This document shows, piece by piece, positions 1 through 13,973 of a DNA stretch of 64,000 nt. Both the position numbers and the translations under genes were made by a program. The notes under the pieces are model-generated. The model made no database searches and was not told the origin of the DNA. It worked only from the letters and a program-made list of their open reading frames with translations. Positions within the stretch are counted from its first letter, which is position 1. Each line of letters begins with the position of its first letter. Origin of the DNA: Pocillopora damicornis (lineage: Eukaryota); NCBI RefSeq assembly GCF_003704095.1, contig NW_020843644.1:434001-498000 (forward strand), read 5' to 3'.

Positions 1-1
1 A

Positions 2-406
2 CGTATTCTCACGCCTTTGGTTATTTTGTTCGCTGTGACAATGCTCCCTTTGAACGTTTACCGCACTGCAATCCTATTTGCACCAGAGTTTTCGAAAAAT
101 CCTTATACTGGCCTGATCTTTGGCCAAATCATATTGTTCGTTGGAGTCAATTCATCTATTAATCCAATAGTGTATTACATTGTCAGTAAAGAGTTCAAAG
201 ATGCATTCAAGAAAATATTCCAGAAATTGAGAGAAAAGGAATATTTTTTCAAAACTTTCAGTCTTAGAGGCAGAGAAACATCCGCCACATTGGTCAGGGT
301 AAATATCGGACTAGAAAATAATTGGCCACCAAGCAAAAACCTGGACAGAAACAATTCTAACTTAGAACTTCTAAATGCCAATGTTCAGGTTATCAGTGGA
401 GTTTGA
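2..406 (+). CDS. Class A (rhodopsin-like) GPCR, 3' part only (TM6-TM7-helix 8-C-tail), truncated by the window start
   Basis: Frame open from base 2: RILTPLVILFAVTMLPLNV...NSSINPIVYYIVSKEFKDAF (NPxxY motif and helix 8). Clearly paralogous to the GPCR at 13974-15110. Confidence 0.9.
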   Translation, partial: RILTPLVILFAVTMLPLNVYRTAILFAPEFSKNPYTGLIFGQIILFVGVNSSINPIVYYIVSKEFKDAFKKIFQKLREKEYFFKTFSLRGRETSATLVRVNIGLENNWPPSKNLDRNNSNLELLNANVQVISGV

Positions 407-3400
407 AATCATATTGGCCCTGTATGTGACTTTACATTCCTCATATACTCTTATATTCCTCTTACTACGAACCGAGTACGAGGTTCCATAACTTATAACA
501 CTGACCGAGAAAACGAGGTTAGTAATGTGTTTATCAGATTTCTTGGTTCAAATAGAGTGCGGAGATTTAATTCAAACAAACGTTCGAATTTAGCAGGGTG
601 ACCAATCATAGTGCATGTACTAACTGAGAGGTAAAATGCCTTCGTTGATTCAGTGGCATCATGTAGCCACAATACTGAGTGGTTAACATTGGAAATCTAT
701 AATAAGCCTTAATAATGTACATAACGTATCACTAACTGATATTGTATAACTTGTCCTATTAATATATCTCTTTTTTGTTCAGCCAGTTGAGGTTACTGAA
801 CGTGATGATGATATAGCGTTGCTTGAATGCATGACCGTAGCACGTGAAACAGTAACGCTAAAGCTCGGTAATTTTAAGAGTGCTAACGACACAACATATC
901 ATTAAAAACAAGGATTATTGCAATCGTCTGTGCTATAAAAGTTATGTTATCATGTACTGAACAGGGTTAACCTGAAAAGATTATAAGGAAAGTTTAACAG
1001 CTGGGGTTATCTCCTGCATCAAGAAAGCAGTTGTAGATTGGATCAGAGAAATTTTTCTATCCAAGTGAGTTGAATAAGTGGGAAACTGACGTAGATGGGA
1101 TGGGTGCCATCTGTGTACACTAAATTGCAAAAACGTTGACATCTAAAAAGCATGATCCATGGACGATGAGACCCAACGGCCTTATGGGTAATGTTCGAGC
1201 AAATACATAATCAGTGATTCACTTTTCTTACTATTCATTAAGAACCTTCCAGGGAAGCGAGGATAGCTTCTATCATTCACCGCGTATTGATGGAGGTTAT
1301 CGTGTTACCATGTGTACCAAAAGAGCCATAAGGTCTCTTTGTTCATTGTTAATTGTAAACGCATTTGTAAGTGTCATCGTTTTTGCAATCGATTGCATAT
1401 AGATGCCAGCCACCTAACCAATATTTTAAATGAAATCCCAGTTTTCTTGAATTATTTTTGTGATGTTACGGGCGATATAACACTACTATAGGCGGCAACT
1501 TTTCTTTGAGTCAGTGACAGTCCAGGACGATCTGTCAGGCAGTGTGTAGCACTGCTGAATATGTGTTATCAGCCAAAACTCATACACCTTACGAAACAAA
1601 ATAAATATGTACGACTTAAACATATCAAGCCTGCTGAATTCTGTTTCGATATTTCCACTTCAAATCTAGACCTATTTTGATCGAGAATCGCCGAAGAGAA
1701 TGTCATCAGAAACTGAACGTTTTTAGGTGGGTCTTCGTTATCTTAAAAATTAATGATATCTACTCAGTCTGGCTAAGTTGCTGAGCATTAACGTTTTCTA
1801 TTTTAGGCGCAAGGGCATGTGGATATATACTCAAAGCAAAGAAATGAGCCCTTCTTAGTTAGCAAGGTGGAAAAAAGAATAACATTCTGTTTACAAATAC
1901 CAGATTATTCAAAATTGGGTTAATTGAATCAGAGAAGTGTTCCTTTTGCGCAATTTACACAGAAGACTTATACCATCTCTTTCATTACTGCTCTTATGTG
2001 CGCGCCATTTGGAAGAGGTTTTGCAATTGGTGGTCTAATTTTCTGATTGAAAATTGAAGCTAATCTCTCAAATATGTTATGGTTGGCATTTTAAATAGAA
2101 ATGATCTGTTAAACTATCAAATAATTCTGGGTAAACTATGTACATGGCACTGTAGAAGAAACAAATCCGTCCCAAAGTTTAATCTGTTTCTACACAAAGT
2201 AGAAACTAAGCAGGAGACTGAAAGGCTTATTGCCTCAAGAAACAGGAAACTTCAAGACTTTAGGAAAAGATGGGAACCATCATCATAATATTATTTTATA
2301 TTGATCTATTTGTTTTATTATTTATTTATTTATTAATTTTTGATACGGCGCGGAGAGAATATGTGGTTGGTTCATTCAAAGTCTGCACTGCTTTTTTTTT
2401 TTGTTAACGAACTTAAGTTCCGAGTTTAAGGTCTGTAGTCTACCTCTCATAAATTGTAATTGCCTCACCCAGTGTAAGTATTGTTTAGTATGTAGAGTAA
2501 GCTAATTATTGATTTAAAATTCGTAATGCAAGTAGTGTAAGCATCATAATGTTTGTACTGTATATTAATTTAAGAGAGAGATCCTTTTGGTAAGTTGTCT
2601 TAAACGTGAGTATTGATAAGTATAAATGGAAATAGGGGTTTTATGAATTGAAGTCACGTAAGCATTGTTAGTATCGTAATTACTGTAAGTGTTTTACGTA
2701 GTAGTTTTGCACTGTTGTATGTAAATTAAAAGCTAATTAAAACAATTGTTAAAAGAAAAGGGTGAAAAAAGGACTGACTCACTGACTGGGAAGAAAATTG
2801 CGCACTGTCACATGAAAAACAAAAAACATCTTAATAACATCGATTAGCTTTGGAAACCCGATTCTAAACTTTATTTTCCACCAGGGTGTTTCTTGCACTA
2901 GGTGATCGCTCTCTAAAAATAGCCTGTTCAAAATGTCTCCACAAGGAGTCGAACCACTGACCTACAGGAAGTACTTTGGACGCTTAAGCAAACATCCTGC
3001 TCTTCTCAGTAATAGGATTTAGATGTATCGCTTTACTCGCGTGAGTAAAAGAGAGAAGGTTCTGTTATAGAAAGATTTCCTCTCTTTTCACTCCTTCTGG
3101 GTTTACCATGTTTTTCGCCCTGATCGATAGGAAAAGCGAGAAAGATTCATCTTATTCATCTTATGACTGAGACCATTCCTTTGAATCACGTGTCTCGAAA
3201 GGCTTGCGAAAAATGGTCATATGAGCCTATAACCGATAAAGTTACATTTGATTTTGCTTAAATCGGCAAACGCAAAAGGTTGCATTGCACAGGTTCCTAT
3301 TTTGGTATCGCGAAGACAGACTGCAACGTTTGATGAAAATTACTAGAGTGAAAGGAAAAAAAAAAACGGTGAGTGGTTCTTTAGGTTGTCAGCTGCGGTC

Positions 3401-6400
3401 AAAAGTGGTATTTTTAGAGCGCCAAGTAGTGCGAGACGAATATCACAAGAACCGATTACCGCTGAAGAGATGAAATTTATAGAAACGTTGATGCTGAAGG
3501 ACTGGTGATTGACCGATTCTAACTCTAACTTTGTTCTGTTTCAACTTGAAATTCAAAGGCTTTCTTAGATGGTCACAAAGCAATCTGATTTCTCGATGGT
3601 CGTTAAACGATGAATCGAAAACAAAAACATGCCAGAAAAACAAAGCAGGTAAAAAAATCACTCTCGTGCAGGCTATGCGATTAATTACTCGTAAAAACCA
3701 GCGAGTGGCCGAAAACCACGCAACATGAAAAAAAAAAGGAGACATCTCATGTTGCATTTTTGACGAAGTTTCCTGTATAACCGTCCGAGGCTCGTGGCAT
3801 TGACAACTTGCTCACTAACAGCACCCTTGATTCTCCAGTTTCTTCGTTACCTTGTCTTTTTTGTTCATTTCCAACGTCACTTAGTCGCTTTTGTTTGTTT
3901 TTGAAACTGTGCGTGATGAAATTTGACCACAGGATAGGCATAATAACAACCCCCCTCTATAGAAACCGCTGGCATGGTTTTTCTACTTGAAGTATAGCAA
4001 CATTATTTGTTCAGCTGCTGATAGACGTCAGTAAATAGACGACACAAGCTCGGGTGCACTCACGCGTTAACGCACAGATTTTTCCCTTGTTACGTTTACA
4101 GATCACTTGTGGAAAATTTCCACACAAGAATTTACGAAGAGCCCACAACAGGTTAAATTTTTCTTCAGAGGAGAAACCTCAGAAAGTATAATTCCAAGAA
4201 AACCTACGTGAGGTATGATCATAACACGTTAAAGTAAATTTACATATCTAAAAGAAACTTCAGTATAGATCAGTTTTTGTTTGGTGCTGGTGAGTTGTTT
4301 TTCTCACCTTTTTACGACTGAACATGACAAAAGATCCATAGTTACTTTTAACTCCTGGCATGAGTTAATCATGACATATTTTGCGAGAACGACCTGACGT
4401 TTTCACGATACATTCAAAATTAAACGAAATGCTTCTCCAAGAAGAGTAAACTTCGGATATTTTGACAAACAAACGCTAAGTATTACTACACGGTAAGATA
4501 TCATGGAACAACAAAAGACTAGAAACAATCAAAACAACTTGTTCGAGTGTTATTCTCATTGTATTAACTGACTTTGAATGCACAGAATCTGAATCACCAA
4601 AACAAAATTCGAACGACTCTCAATTTCAAGAGATTCAAAAAGAAAAAAGGAAATGATATTTTTGAATATCATTCAGGCTTACAAAACATATGATACCGAA
4701 CGATACTTTTATCATTTTCTACTGCGGTGAAGAGGTTTGCGCAACCAGCTCGTTAGCATCCCAAATTGTATATTAAGTACCCTTTAATTCACGTTTTTTT
4801 TTTCATTTTCATCTCACCCACTCCTGACTCGAATTTGCAGAACTTTTCGTTATAAAGAATTCATCCGAGGGAAGACAGACTTAGCTAAAATCGTATAGAA
4901 GAGAAAACTGGCTAAAAATGGTCTTTCTGTGTACGTGTCTGGACTGCTCTGTAATTCATCACCCTCAGGTCAAGAAATAATTATTCTCAAAATGATTGAA
5001 ATTCATTTGTAATGCCATCTTAAGTCTACCGGCAACGAAAACCCCATAAAAATTTCTCTGCTCTCAACTTGTGGCTTCGATGTTCAATTGCCGGCACTAC
5101 GCACCCAAACTATTCAGGGAGGCATTAGTTTAGGCGCAATCTTGAATTAATTTTTTCAAAGCTTTTTCTTCCTCTTTTACGTGCGAAGATTAATTCGTCA
5201 CTCATCATTTACAAGTCAAATATAATTCGATTCATTAATCATTTTTGAATGAGTGTTCTTTTGTTCTAAATTAAAGAAGGCATCTTTTAGACACACGACA
5301 TATTATGCACTACAAAGTTTTTGAAAGTAACGACGTCACAAGCGCGCATCTTAACCATTTAACTCCCATGAGTGACCAAGACAGAATTTCTCCTCAGAAT
5401 ATCAATATAATATCAAGCAGACAAGTAATGAGAATAAAGGAAAATATCAATCAGGGGATTATTAGTTGATCCAGTACAAATTCTCCGAACTAACTTCGTG
5501 GCCATTATATGGTAAACAGTAAGAAGAACTATTAAGCTTATTTTTTTGTAATCTTCTCCATTCTGTATCCTACTTCCTTTTTGATTGATTCTTACCTTTT
5601 CGGCGCCTTTGTTTTATGAAAATTTGAAAAGTTTATGAGACCCTTTTTAAGTTAATCAAACTGATTTCTTTCTTCGAAGGAAAAAAAAGGCACAGGTAAT
5701 GTAGTGCGAGGTAATGACGGCCATCAATGTCTGACTGAGTTAATCATAGCCATTTGAAAGATGTTCAGCTTTTCCTTCAGCTTTCAGAGATGTTTTTTTT
5801 TTTGCAATTACGCCTACAAGGAAATGGAAGACCACGCGCCACATTATGCATGCTGCGAATTGTCGTGTTTTTTTTTCACGGAAGTGAGTCAAATGAAAGA
5901 ACGAAATTTAGTGAACTCGGTCCACGACGATATGTTAATGACGTTTCCTTTAGATTTCAGTGAGTTTTTTTCAATTAGGCTTACGAGGAAATGGAAGACT
6001 ACAGGCCACATTATGCAGGCTGTGATTTTTGGTTGTTTTCTCTTATGGAAGTATAGATCAAATCAATCGAAGACGAATGATCAGTGGGAGAACTTTTACT
6101 AAACGTTAAAAAAAAAATACTGATAATGACAAATATAAATTGAAGAAAGCAAAACTAAACAAAAGAAATGAAGAAATAACCTCTCGTATAAGCTCTCTTT
6201 ACGTAGCGATATTTAAATCGGTGATCGAAGTACTTCCATGATCTCAAATAACTAGGGTATCTTGCAGTTGACGTAAGGTCCATTTAAGGTTTATTTGTCA
6301 GTTTTGCACCTCGCATCCTGTATTGTGCTTAATAACCACGTACGTAATCACGGGAATGAACGTGCGCGCATTCTGAGAACACGGTATTGTTTTTCAATCC

Positions 6401-7914
6401 ACGGACCAGATAAAAGGGTACGATGGTCTTAAGCTCTTGAACGACTACGGTGACCAATCTTTTTTATTGCATTTTTCGAAACAGACATTGTAGGGAACAT
6501 TTAAGGAAAGTTTAAAAGAAATTGTTCGATAACTTTAATTTTCTGAGGACTCACCTTAAAGTAGAACTGCAACGCGTGCGTAGGAGAAACTTTTTTTGAT
6601 ATTCTGCCAGATTTGACTCTTACACCTGTTGGTATTGGCAAAAACATACGAAAAAACAGGTCATAATTTTCCAGTGTGAAAGATCTCTGTAGGCACAAGA
6701 ACATCAAAGAAGACTGTCAAACGGAAGGCGAATGACAAATGCAAAAGAAATCTGCAAAATAGGGTGAGACGAGAAAAATTACTTTCAGAAAACTTCCTGA
6801 CCCTGAAATTCGATGTCGAAATTGGAAGAACACTTCGAGCTTACTTTGCCGTAGCTACTACGTCCATATAAAATTTTTTTTCGACTCGAACGTTTTTCCT
6901 TTCAGGGTTTAAATATTAAACTTCATCATAAGGCGGAAAATAACACATGTTGCAAGATTTAATTACCTGATTGTGGTTCTATTTCTAATAAGTGACAACA
7001 GGACTATTTTAGTTCAACCTACTCTGCAGTGAATGTTTGATAAATCATACCAGATGAAAAGAATACTACTGATTTTTTTCCTGTTGTTCTCTTAAAAAAA
7101 TCCGAAAATTTGAAAACCCGATCACGCATGATGAGATATTTTATTGGCAAAAATTTTCGAGGGTTTTTTTTTGCTTCTTCTCTTGCAACATCGCAGGCTG
7201 TACTAAATAATTTAAAAATCTATGTTGACATAGTTTTCATGTTTATGCATGAACGTGAAAACCGTGAAATTTAAACCTTCAATTCACGAAAGAGGATGGC
7301 CGTTTCATTTGGTTTTCTGCCAGTCTCAGAGAACATTCAGCTGGTACGAAAAAAACGAGCCCTCGACGAATGTGGTGATGAGAAGCTTGGTGAAAAAAAT
7401 CGGAACTCCACAGAAATATCAGTGTAGCTTTATTAATACAATTTAGATTGAAATGCTCTAAGAAATATTAACAAGTGCCTGAAAATTGCGAATGATTTTT
7501 ATAATAATAATTTATACGGTGCCATACGTTGAGTAATTATAAGCCCATTTGTAATCGCCTTAGACCCTTCCACTAAACAATAACCCCTAGTCGATAATTT
7601 TCTCTCCTCTCATCACCTTTTTGTTTTAAAACATATCAATAATGTAGGAAAAATTCCTGTTTGTTCACTCCTGGGAGAGAGAACTTTAAAAAGAACTAGA
7701 AGTTTGCCAGGTTAAGAAAACATCGAAGAATTAAGAATAAGCTAAGGCGAACAGGCGGAGTTAAGCGTAAAATTGGAATTTACACTCTTCAAAAGCTTAC
7801 GCTAAATGTTTTCAAGATGGAGGAACTGTGAGAGGGTTCCCTAGAAATTTCTTAGAAACCTCTTTGCTGGTCGTCCTCCTTCGGCTTTGTGTTCAAAATT
7901 ACTAAAGAAACTAA

Positions 7915-8327
7915 GGGTGCGTTCCTCTGGGAGAGTCCGGATAAGAATTTCTGATCTGTGGCGTTCCTTTCCAGCAAATCAATTTTCAGATCAGTGATTT
8001 ATCAAATTCTCAATGCGGATATGGCTCTGCCTCTTCCTTATCAAGAGATACAGCAGAAATTCTTCATCTTCACAACTTCTCGCTTCTTGTAGTATTGAGT
8101 CATCGGAAAGTTCATCTATTAAAGAAACAAAAGCTGCCCTAAACGCGACGGCAATCTTGTTTTCGTTTTTAAATTTAGCGCGCGATTCTGTTGACGCGCT
8201 CTACAATTTCGCGCCTGCTGTCGTGATAACTGATCCAATGAACTAAAGCTCCGGTTCTTCGATGCACCGTAATCTGTGTGATCTTTGATCACAAATCCTA
8301 ATCCGGATCCTCCCAAAGGACGCACCT
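7915..8327. mobile_element. Non-autonomous TIR element (PIF/Harbinger-like MITE)
   Basis: Imperfect terminal inverted repeats gggtgcgttcctctgggagagtccggat / atccggatcctcccaaaggacgcacc, flanked by taa / caa. Confidence 0.7.
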
Positions 8328-11300
8328 CAAGACAAGAATCTCCAAAAAGTACATTGTTTTGATAGCGTTACGCAGTAAGAACTACAATGCCCAATTCTTA
8401 TGAAAAGCAACAACTTAACATCGTCTGCCTCACAAAGTTCACCGGTTTTTTCGAAAACTGACGCTTCTTGACAAACGTTTAGGCGACTGTTGACTACCGC
8501 GAAGTTGCTGATCCGCCAAGGGGGTTAAACACTTGAAATTACCATCTTTACATTTTCCGTTGTAAAAATTCATTACAGTTTTACTTTCTGACGTTTGAAT
8601 TTCAGCAACTCTTTCGATTTTTGAAGAATCGTCTTTAGGAAGAAAACAATTTAAATGTTTTATTGTAGTGAGCAATGAAAATGACTTGGGAAAAATAGAA
8701 TAAGGTTATTCACAAATGGTTTCGTCCACTAGGACAGAAATTAAATTGTATCTAAACTCTTTTCGCCGTAAATGAAAGTGATTCTTTTCATGATATAAAA
8801 TTTAACAGATGGTTAAAAGATGTGACAACAACTGGACGTCTCTTGTCAACAAAACAGTTAAATTATCGAAGTGACTGCAAATTAGAATCATCTATTATGT
8901 CAACAAGACAGCGGTGGTATTAAACAAAAAGATCTATTAACCAATATCTTTGACTCGAAGTAATGAGGAGGAGATAAGATATTCCTGTTTCGATATCGAA
9001 TCTGTTTCACGGCTTTGCATGAAGAAACTCTCTACATATTTTGAACCTATCAACTCTACGGATTCGTTTAAAACGACGTTAGAAAGGCTGGGTACGGAGA
9101 TCAGTGTGATTTTTAATTTTATACATTAGTTTCTGGAAGAGTCAAAGCGTGCTATAAATAAAGTTGGTTGTAATATTCTCTTCATATGAAATAGATGCTT
9201 TTGGCAATGCAAATTAAAAGGAGGTACAACCGATTAGCGTTTTACTTTGTAAATGGAAAATTCGTTTTCAAAGGATGTAAAAGTCATCCATTAGTATTGC
9301 TGTCCCCTAAGGAAGAAATAAATAGCGATTTTGTTAGGTTAAGCCAAGTCACCAGCTGCTCTGCGTATCGTGAGATAATCGTACGTCGCTCTCTGAACAG
9401 TTTAAGGTCATTCTTACATCTGCCGCGTTGTATAAGGTGTTCTTTGGTCTCGCACAGAATTGGGACGAAATTGAAGGTGAACCGTGTTAAAGGTTTGTAA
9501 ACTCTTTTGTCGACCTTTCGAATGTCGCTCCCAATAGCTGGACCACATTTTTTTAAAATGTTTTTCTTTTACGTCCAAGAAAAATATTCCTGATTACGAT
9601 GGGTGTTTGCGATCTGATAAAAAATATCTGCCATTCGTAGTTAAAAAATGTGTTTAAATGTCAAGCTTCTGTTAATGCACATGAAAACCGCAAGGGCCGT
9701 CAATAAAACCATTTTGTTCTGTTATTTAATTCTAAACATGCGGCAAATACATAGAATTTTCTTCCTTGATAAAGAGGTATAAGTCTTCCACGAGGGTTAA
9801 CAACAACGAGGAATAGTTTTTTCTTCTACTCGAGGAAAAAGTCAGTTGTGGATCTCTTAAAAGGTTTGCCTGAAGCCTATTTGGGGTTTACATCTTTCAC
9901 TGAAACTCTATTTAAGCTTTTACCGATTAGTGACTAAGAGTTTCGGGCGTAGTCCGTGACGCATGAATGAAGTTGCACGGGGTTTTCAGTTTAGAAAACC
10001 TTCCTTTTGAACAGCAAGGTTTGGCGTGTAAATAAAAGAACATAGACTGTGATTTTACAATAGTCGCGAAGATTTTGCCGGTGATCTGCCGGCGAAGACT
10101 GAGAAGTTTTTCGACGTTTCCAATTTTTTTTCATGTTACGTTTAAGAATTTCATGCTGGAAACTGAAAATGATGTCAAGTAAATGCCATGCTGAGTTCAA
10201 GCTTCCCAGCTTCTCGGCAGGGTGAACCACCCCATTAGTGTGTTGAAATGTAACTGAAAGCAGACTTTACAAATAGTGAACAGTGTCCAATGGTTACGCA
10301 CAAAGGACTGAATGATAAAATTTTCTTTGGCTTCTTCGGCTGAGGATCTTAATTACATAAAATGAAATATTGATGTCCTCAAACAAAGCGGTTTTCATTG
10401 CTTCTCCGCCCGTTTAACACGTATTTTACTTCAATCATTATTGAACGAGAAGCCAGCAATGGGGAGTGATTCAATATAAATAAAAAAAAATTTATGGAAC
10501 GGCTCGGGAAAGGGAAACAGAATGGATACATCTCGGTTAAGTAACATTTCATTTCACTTTATGTAGATTTTTAGACAACGATGTGTTGAAAATTGCATTG
10601 ATTACGGCTCTCTATGTTAACAGTTTTCTGTATCTCAACAGTTCATGTAAACACACTCACAGGGTGATCTGCCTTCAGGGGCTGACCTTCCTTTGCCCTT
10701 TACGTGAACACTTCTCCGTTGTGTGTTGCTGTAGAAGAACATGAACTGGTTATTGATAATCTACGTGCTTTACTGAGAAAGTAATAGCATGTCGTATCAT
10801 TTACACTCTATAAATAGATGTGGTTCACAAATATGATCAATTTTCATAAAAAGGAAAGTAATTTAAAACTTCCTAAGGTGCCCACAGCAATTTTCCAAGG
10901 TGAGAAATTTTAATTTGGAATTGTTTAGGGAAGTCTAACTCTGACAGGTGAGAGAATGGGATCACAATTGTATCATAAATTTTGGTATCAAATTGTTGGA
11001 AAAAGATTCTACTCTGTTGGAACTGAAGAAGTCACATTTATCGTATAACCTTTCCGCTGATGCACACAGGTACAGACAGCGTAAAACCAAGCGCAAAAAA
11101 GGCATGAGCATGCAGGGTCCAAATTTATTTTTTCTCACTTAGCTCAACAAAACAGAACGAAACCACTGTTGAAGCTTTTTTTTAGCCAAATGATTGTAAA
11201 AGAATAATATCTTCTGCCGTACTCTCTAAGGGTTCTTGAGCAATACAATTCGCAGGAGAGAAAAAAGCGGTAAAACCACAAGATATTTGCGGTATGCAAA

Positions 11301-11554
11301 TCACGTTTAATAATGTTGTACCGGAATCGGAAAAACGCCATATTATGATTTTGTACAACAACGCATTAACGTGTTCAGGGTACGTACAAAGTTATTTAAA
11401 ATCAAACTCGGACATGCAACTATACAGCTATATTTCTCAGCTAAAGAACCAAGAGACAAGGAAAAGAAATTTCTGAGTAATCGGCCTAAATTTATCCTTT
11501 GAAAGGGCAAAGAACGTTTTTACATTTTTAACTATTTTAAGACTCGCTGTAGAA

Positions 11555-11725
11555 ACTGTGGTGCTGCTTCGGTGGGAGAGTATAACAAGGTAATTTAGCA
11601 TCATCAAATGAGTTGATAACTTAAATTTGCCACCATAAAGAGTTTCAAAGCTGACGTTTCGAGTGTTAGCCCTTCGTCATTTGCTTTTAAACTCTTTACG
11701 GCGGCCATTTACTCAGTTGATATTG
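11555..11725 (-). mobile_element. Penelope-like element terminal remnant with a degenerate hammerhead motif
   Basis: Minus strand reads tgacgaagggctaacactcgaaacgtcagc, the minimal-hammerhead terminus typical of cnidarian PLE repeats. Confidence 0.6.
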
Positions 11726-11871
11726 TGTTTTGCTTCATCTTGAGCTTGCAAAGTGGCTTTAATGTGTAAAAAAAAAAAAAATTGCAACATTCGATGAAAG
11801 AGAAAAAAGTACAAGAATCAAGACGGTATACATAAGTGCAAACAGCGCTTACATCTAGTAAAGCCATGGTC

Positions 11872-12015
11872 CTCGCTGGCGTGATGCAATTTTAGCAGTT
11901 GCAGAAAACTGAGAAGTCTGAAAATTCAGGCTTCGACAGGATTCGAACCTATGCCTCCTAGATACTAGTTGGTTACTACAACCAACTGAGCTGTAAAGCA
12001 CTGGGAGCGAGGCAA
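11872..12015 (-). mobile_element. tRNA-derived SINE
   Basis: Minus strand has box A-like cagctcagttgg and box B ggttcgaatcc, followed by a gcctgaattttcag body also seen at 61365-61500. No complete cloverleaf. Confidence 0.7.
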
Positions 12016-13973
12016 AGTTTAGAGTGCATAGAGTGCATATATTCTGTCACAAAAAACGGGAAAAAAAATACGAGCTTGAAAGATCGGGAAAAAATGCCTC
12101 GGGTCAAACGTCCCTTTAAGAGGAAATGAGCCACAACCCCTCGTTACAATTAGTGAAACACCTACCACATGTCAAGAAAAATGACGAGGAAAAAAATCTC
12201 AAGAAGAAAACTGACCTTTGAAAGAGAAGCGGGGTGCCTCAAATAAAATCGGCTCAAAAGAACTTGTGTCATTTCTGTTAGTTCCAGTGATTATATCGTC
12301 AGGTTAAGATACAAACCAACGTGAATATTATCATGCATGCTTAAAGTTATGAATTAAAAGGTTTATATTTAGAACAATTAATTTATAAGATGCTTTCATT
12401 TCTCTTAGATGTCTCGGCAATTTGTCAAATTAAAGCAAAAGAAGTAAGTTTTTATCTTTTCAAATCATTAATTCAATAAGAGTATCCAAAATTCCTGGTT
12501 CATCTTTATTCTTAAAAGCAATAAATCCTTTGGAATGACATGTCTCAACTAAAAATCCTACTGGTGAGCCTCCTTCTTCTTAACTAAACTGTTTGAACTT
12601 ATTTTAAATAGAAGAGCCAGTCTACGTTCCCGCTGGCATTCAAACCGCATTTAGATTCTGTACAATAGTGTGTTAATAAGAATGAATTCCAAATGGAAAA
12701 GCTGCGATGAAGTCTTGCGTGTAAGCATGAATTGAGATACGTTTCACAGGATCAAAGATTCCATGTTTCAAGGCTACGAAAAAACTTTAGGCGTATTTTA
12801 TTGAATACGTAAATCGTCAGTTTTAGTCTAACAGGGGCATCTTTAATATTTGCCCGTAGCATCCAATCTATCGGCTTATTCGTGGTCTTATCGCTAACAG
12901 GTAATAACACAGTAAAAAAAGCTTCTGTCATAGGACGTTCTAACCCCACGTTCTACTAAAGATCTAAAACCTTACGTCAAAATTAGGGAGATTCCGATGA
13001 CCAAATTTTTATCACCAAAGTTCAGATAAAAAAAAAGAAAAAAGCGGAGAGGCAAAAGAGTGATTTATGTGAGCATTACATACAACACCTGCAGCCTTTT
13101 TAAACTCCACTGCCCGGCACTATTGCGATGCTTTTAATTTTGAGTTTGATTTATGTCCACTTTGTAAAACAAACAGTCTGAAAATGCTCGCTTGAGCGGC
13201 CAATTACAGTTTCTAATTGGCAACCTCTATGCTAAAACCAAAATAGTTATAATGAATCATTTCAAAACAGAGCAGCTGTCACTGTCATGGCCATTCAATT
13301 CATTTGATCAGTTTTACCTCATGGACAGAGAACCTTGAAGGTATGTTGAATTTGGTCGCTCTGAATTTTCATCTATAGGTTCAATTGTCCAAATATCACT
13401 AAAAATTGGGAAATTCTTCACGGGAACTGCAAATATCTCAGTGAGTTAAAACATAACGTTCCTGGCTAAGGCAAAGTACAGTCTGATTTCATTTTCATCT
13501 CTTTACTCATAATCCTTACATCACCGTTGAAGAGAAACTATAAAAAGAAATCAGTATATTACTAACAATTGCGCAACTATTTCAAACTTAACATAAATGT
13601 AGATCACACAAGAAGGTAATAATCTCATTTTTTGCCGCTTGTCGTTAATTTCATGTTTCACTTCTCTAATAAGTCACGATCACCAGCAGGTATTCTGATC
13701 AAGTTTGGAGGTTTATTTGTTAATAGCGGCATTCCGGTTAGTGACTATATAGATGCTTGATTAAATACCACAGGAGACTTTCTAGGCTCGATTTCTGCTA
13801 TTTTTTGGCGTCCGGTCCTTCAGGACAGATAGTTAATTTCTGCTGTTTGGCGAGTGATAAAAGGACGAAGAAGTGAAATGGCAGAAAGAAAGAAAACGTA
13901 GTTATTTTGGTAATAAAAGAATGCTGATAAATTAGTAAGCTTTGAATTGTTTCGTTTGCAGCTGCGAGTTGAA

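Noticed and set aside
3455-3495. Hammerhead-like ctgaaga...gaaacgtt
   Set aside because: The stem II closing pair is mismatched and there is no stem I complementarity.
11872-12015. Possible tRNA gene (also at 61362-61500)
   Set aside because: A/B boxes are present but there is no acceptor stem, and the shared downstream body marks these as SINEs.
1214-13000. Many 60-113 aa ORFs in the GPCR spacer
   Set aside because: No motifs or consistent splice chain; several overlap MITEs or poly-A/T runs.
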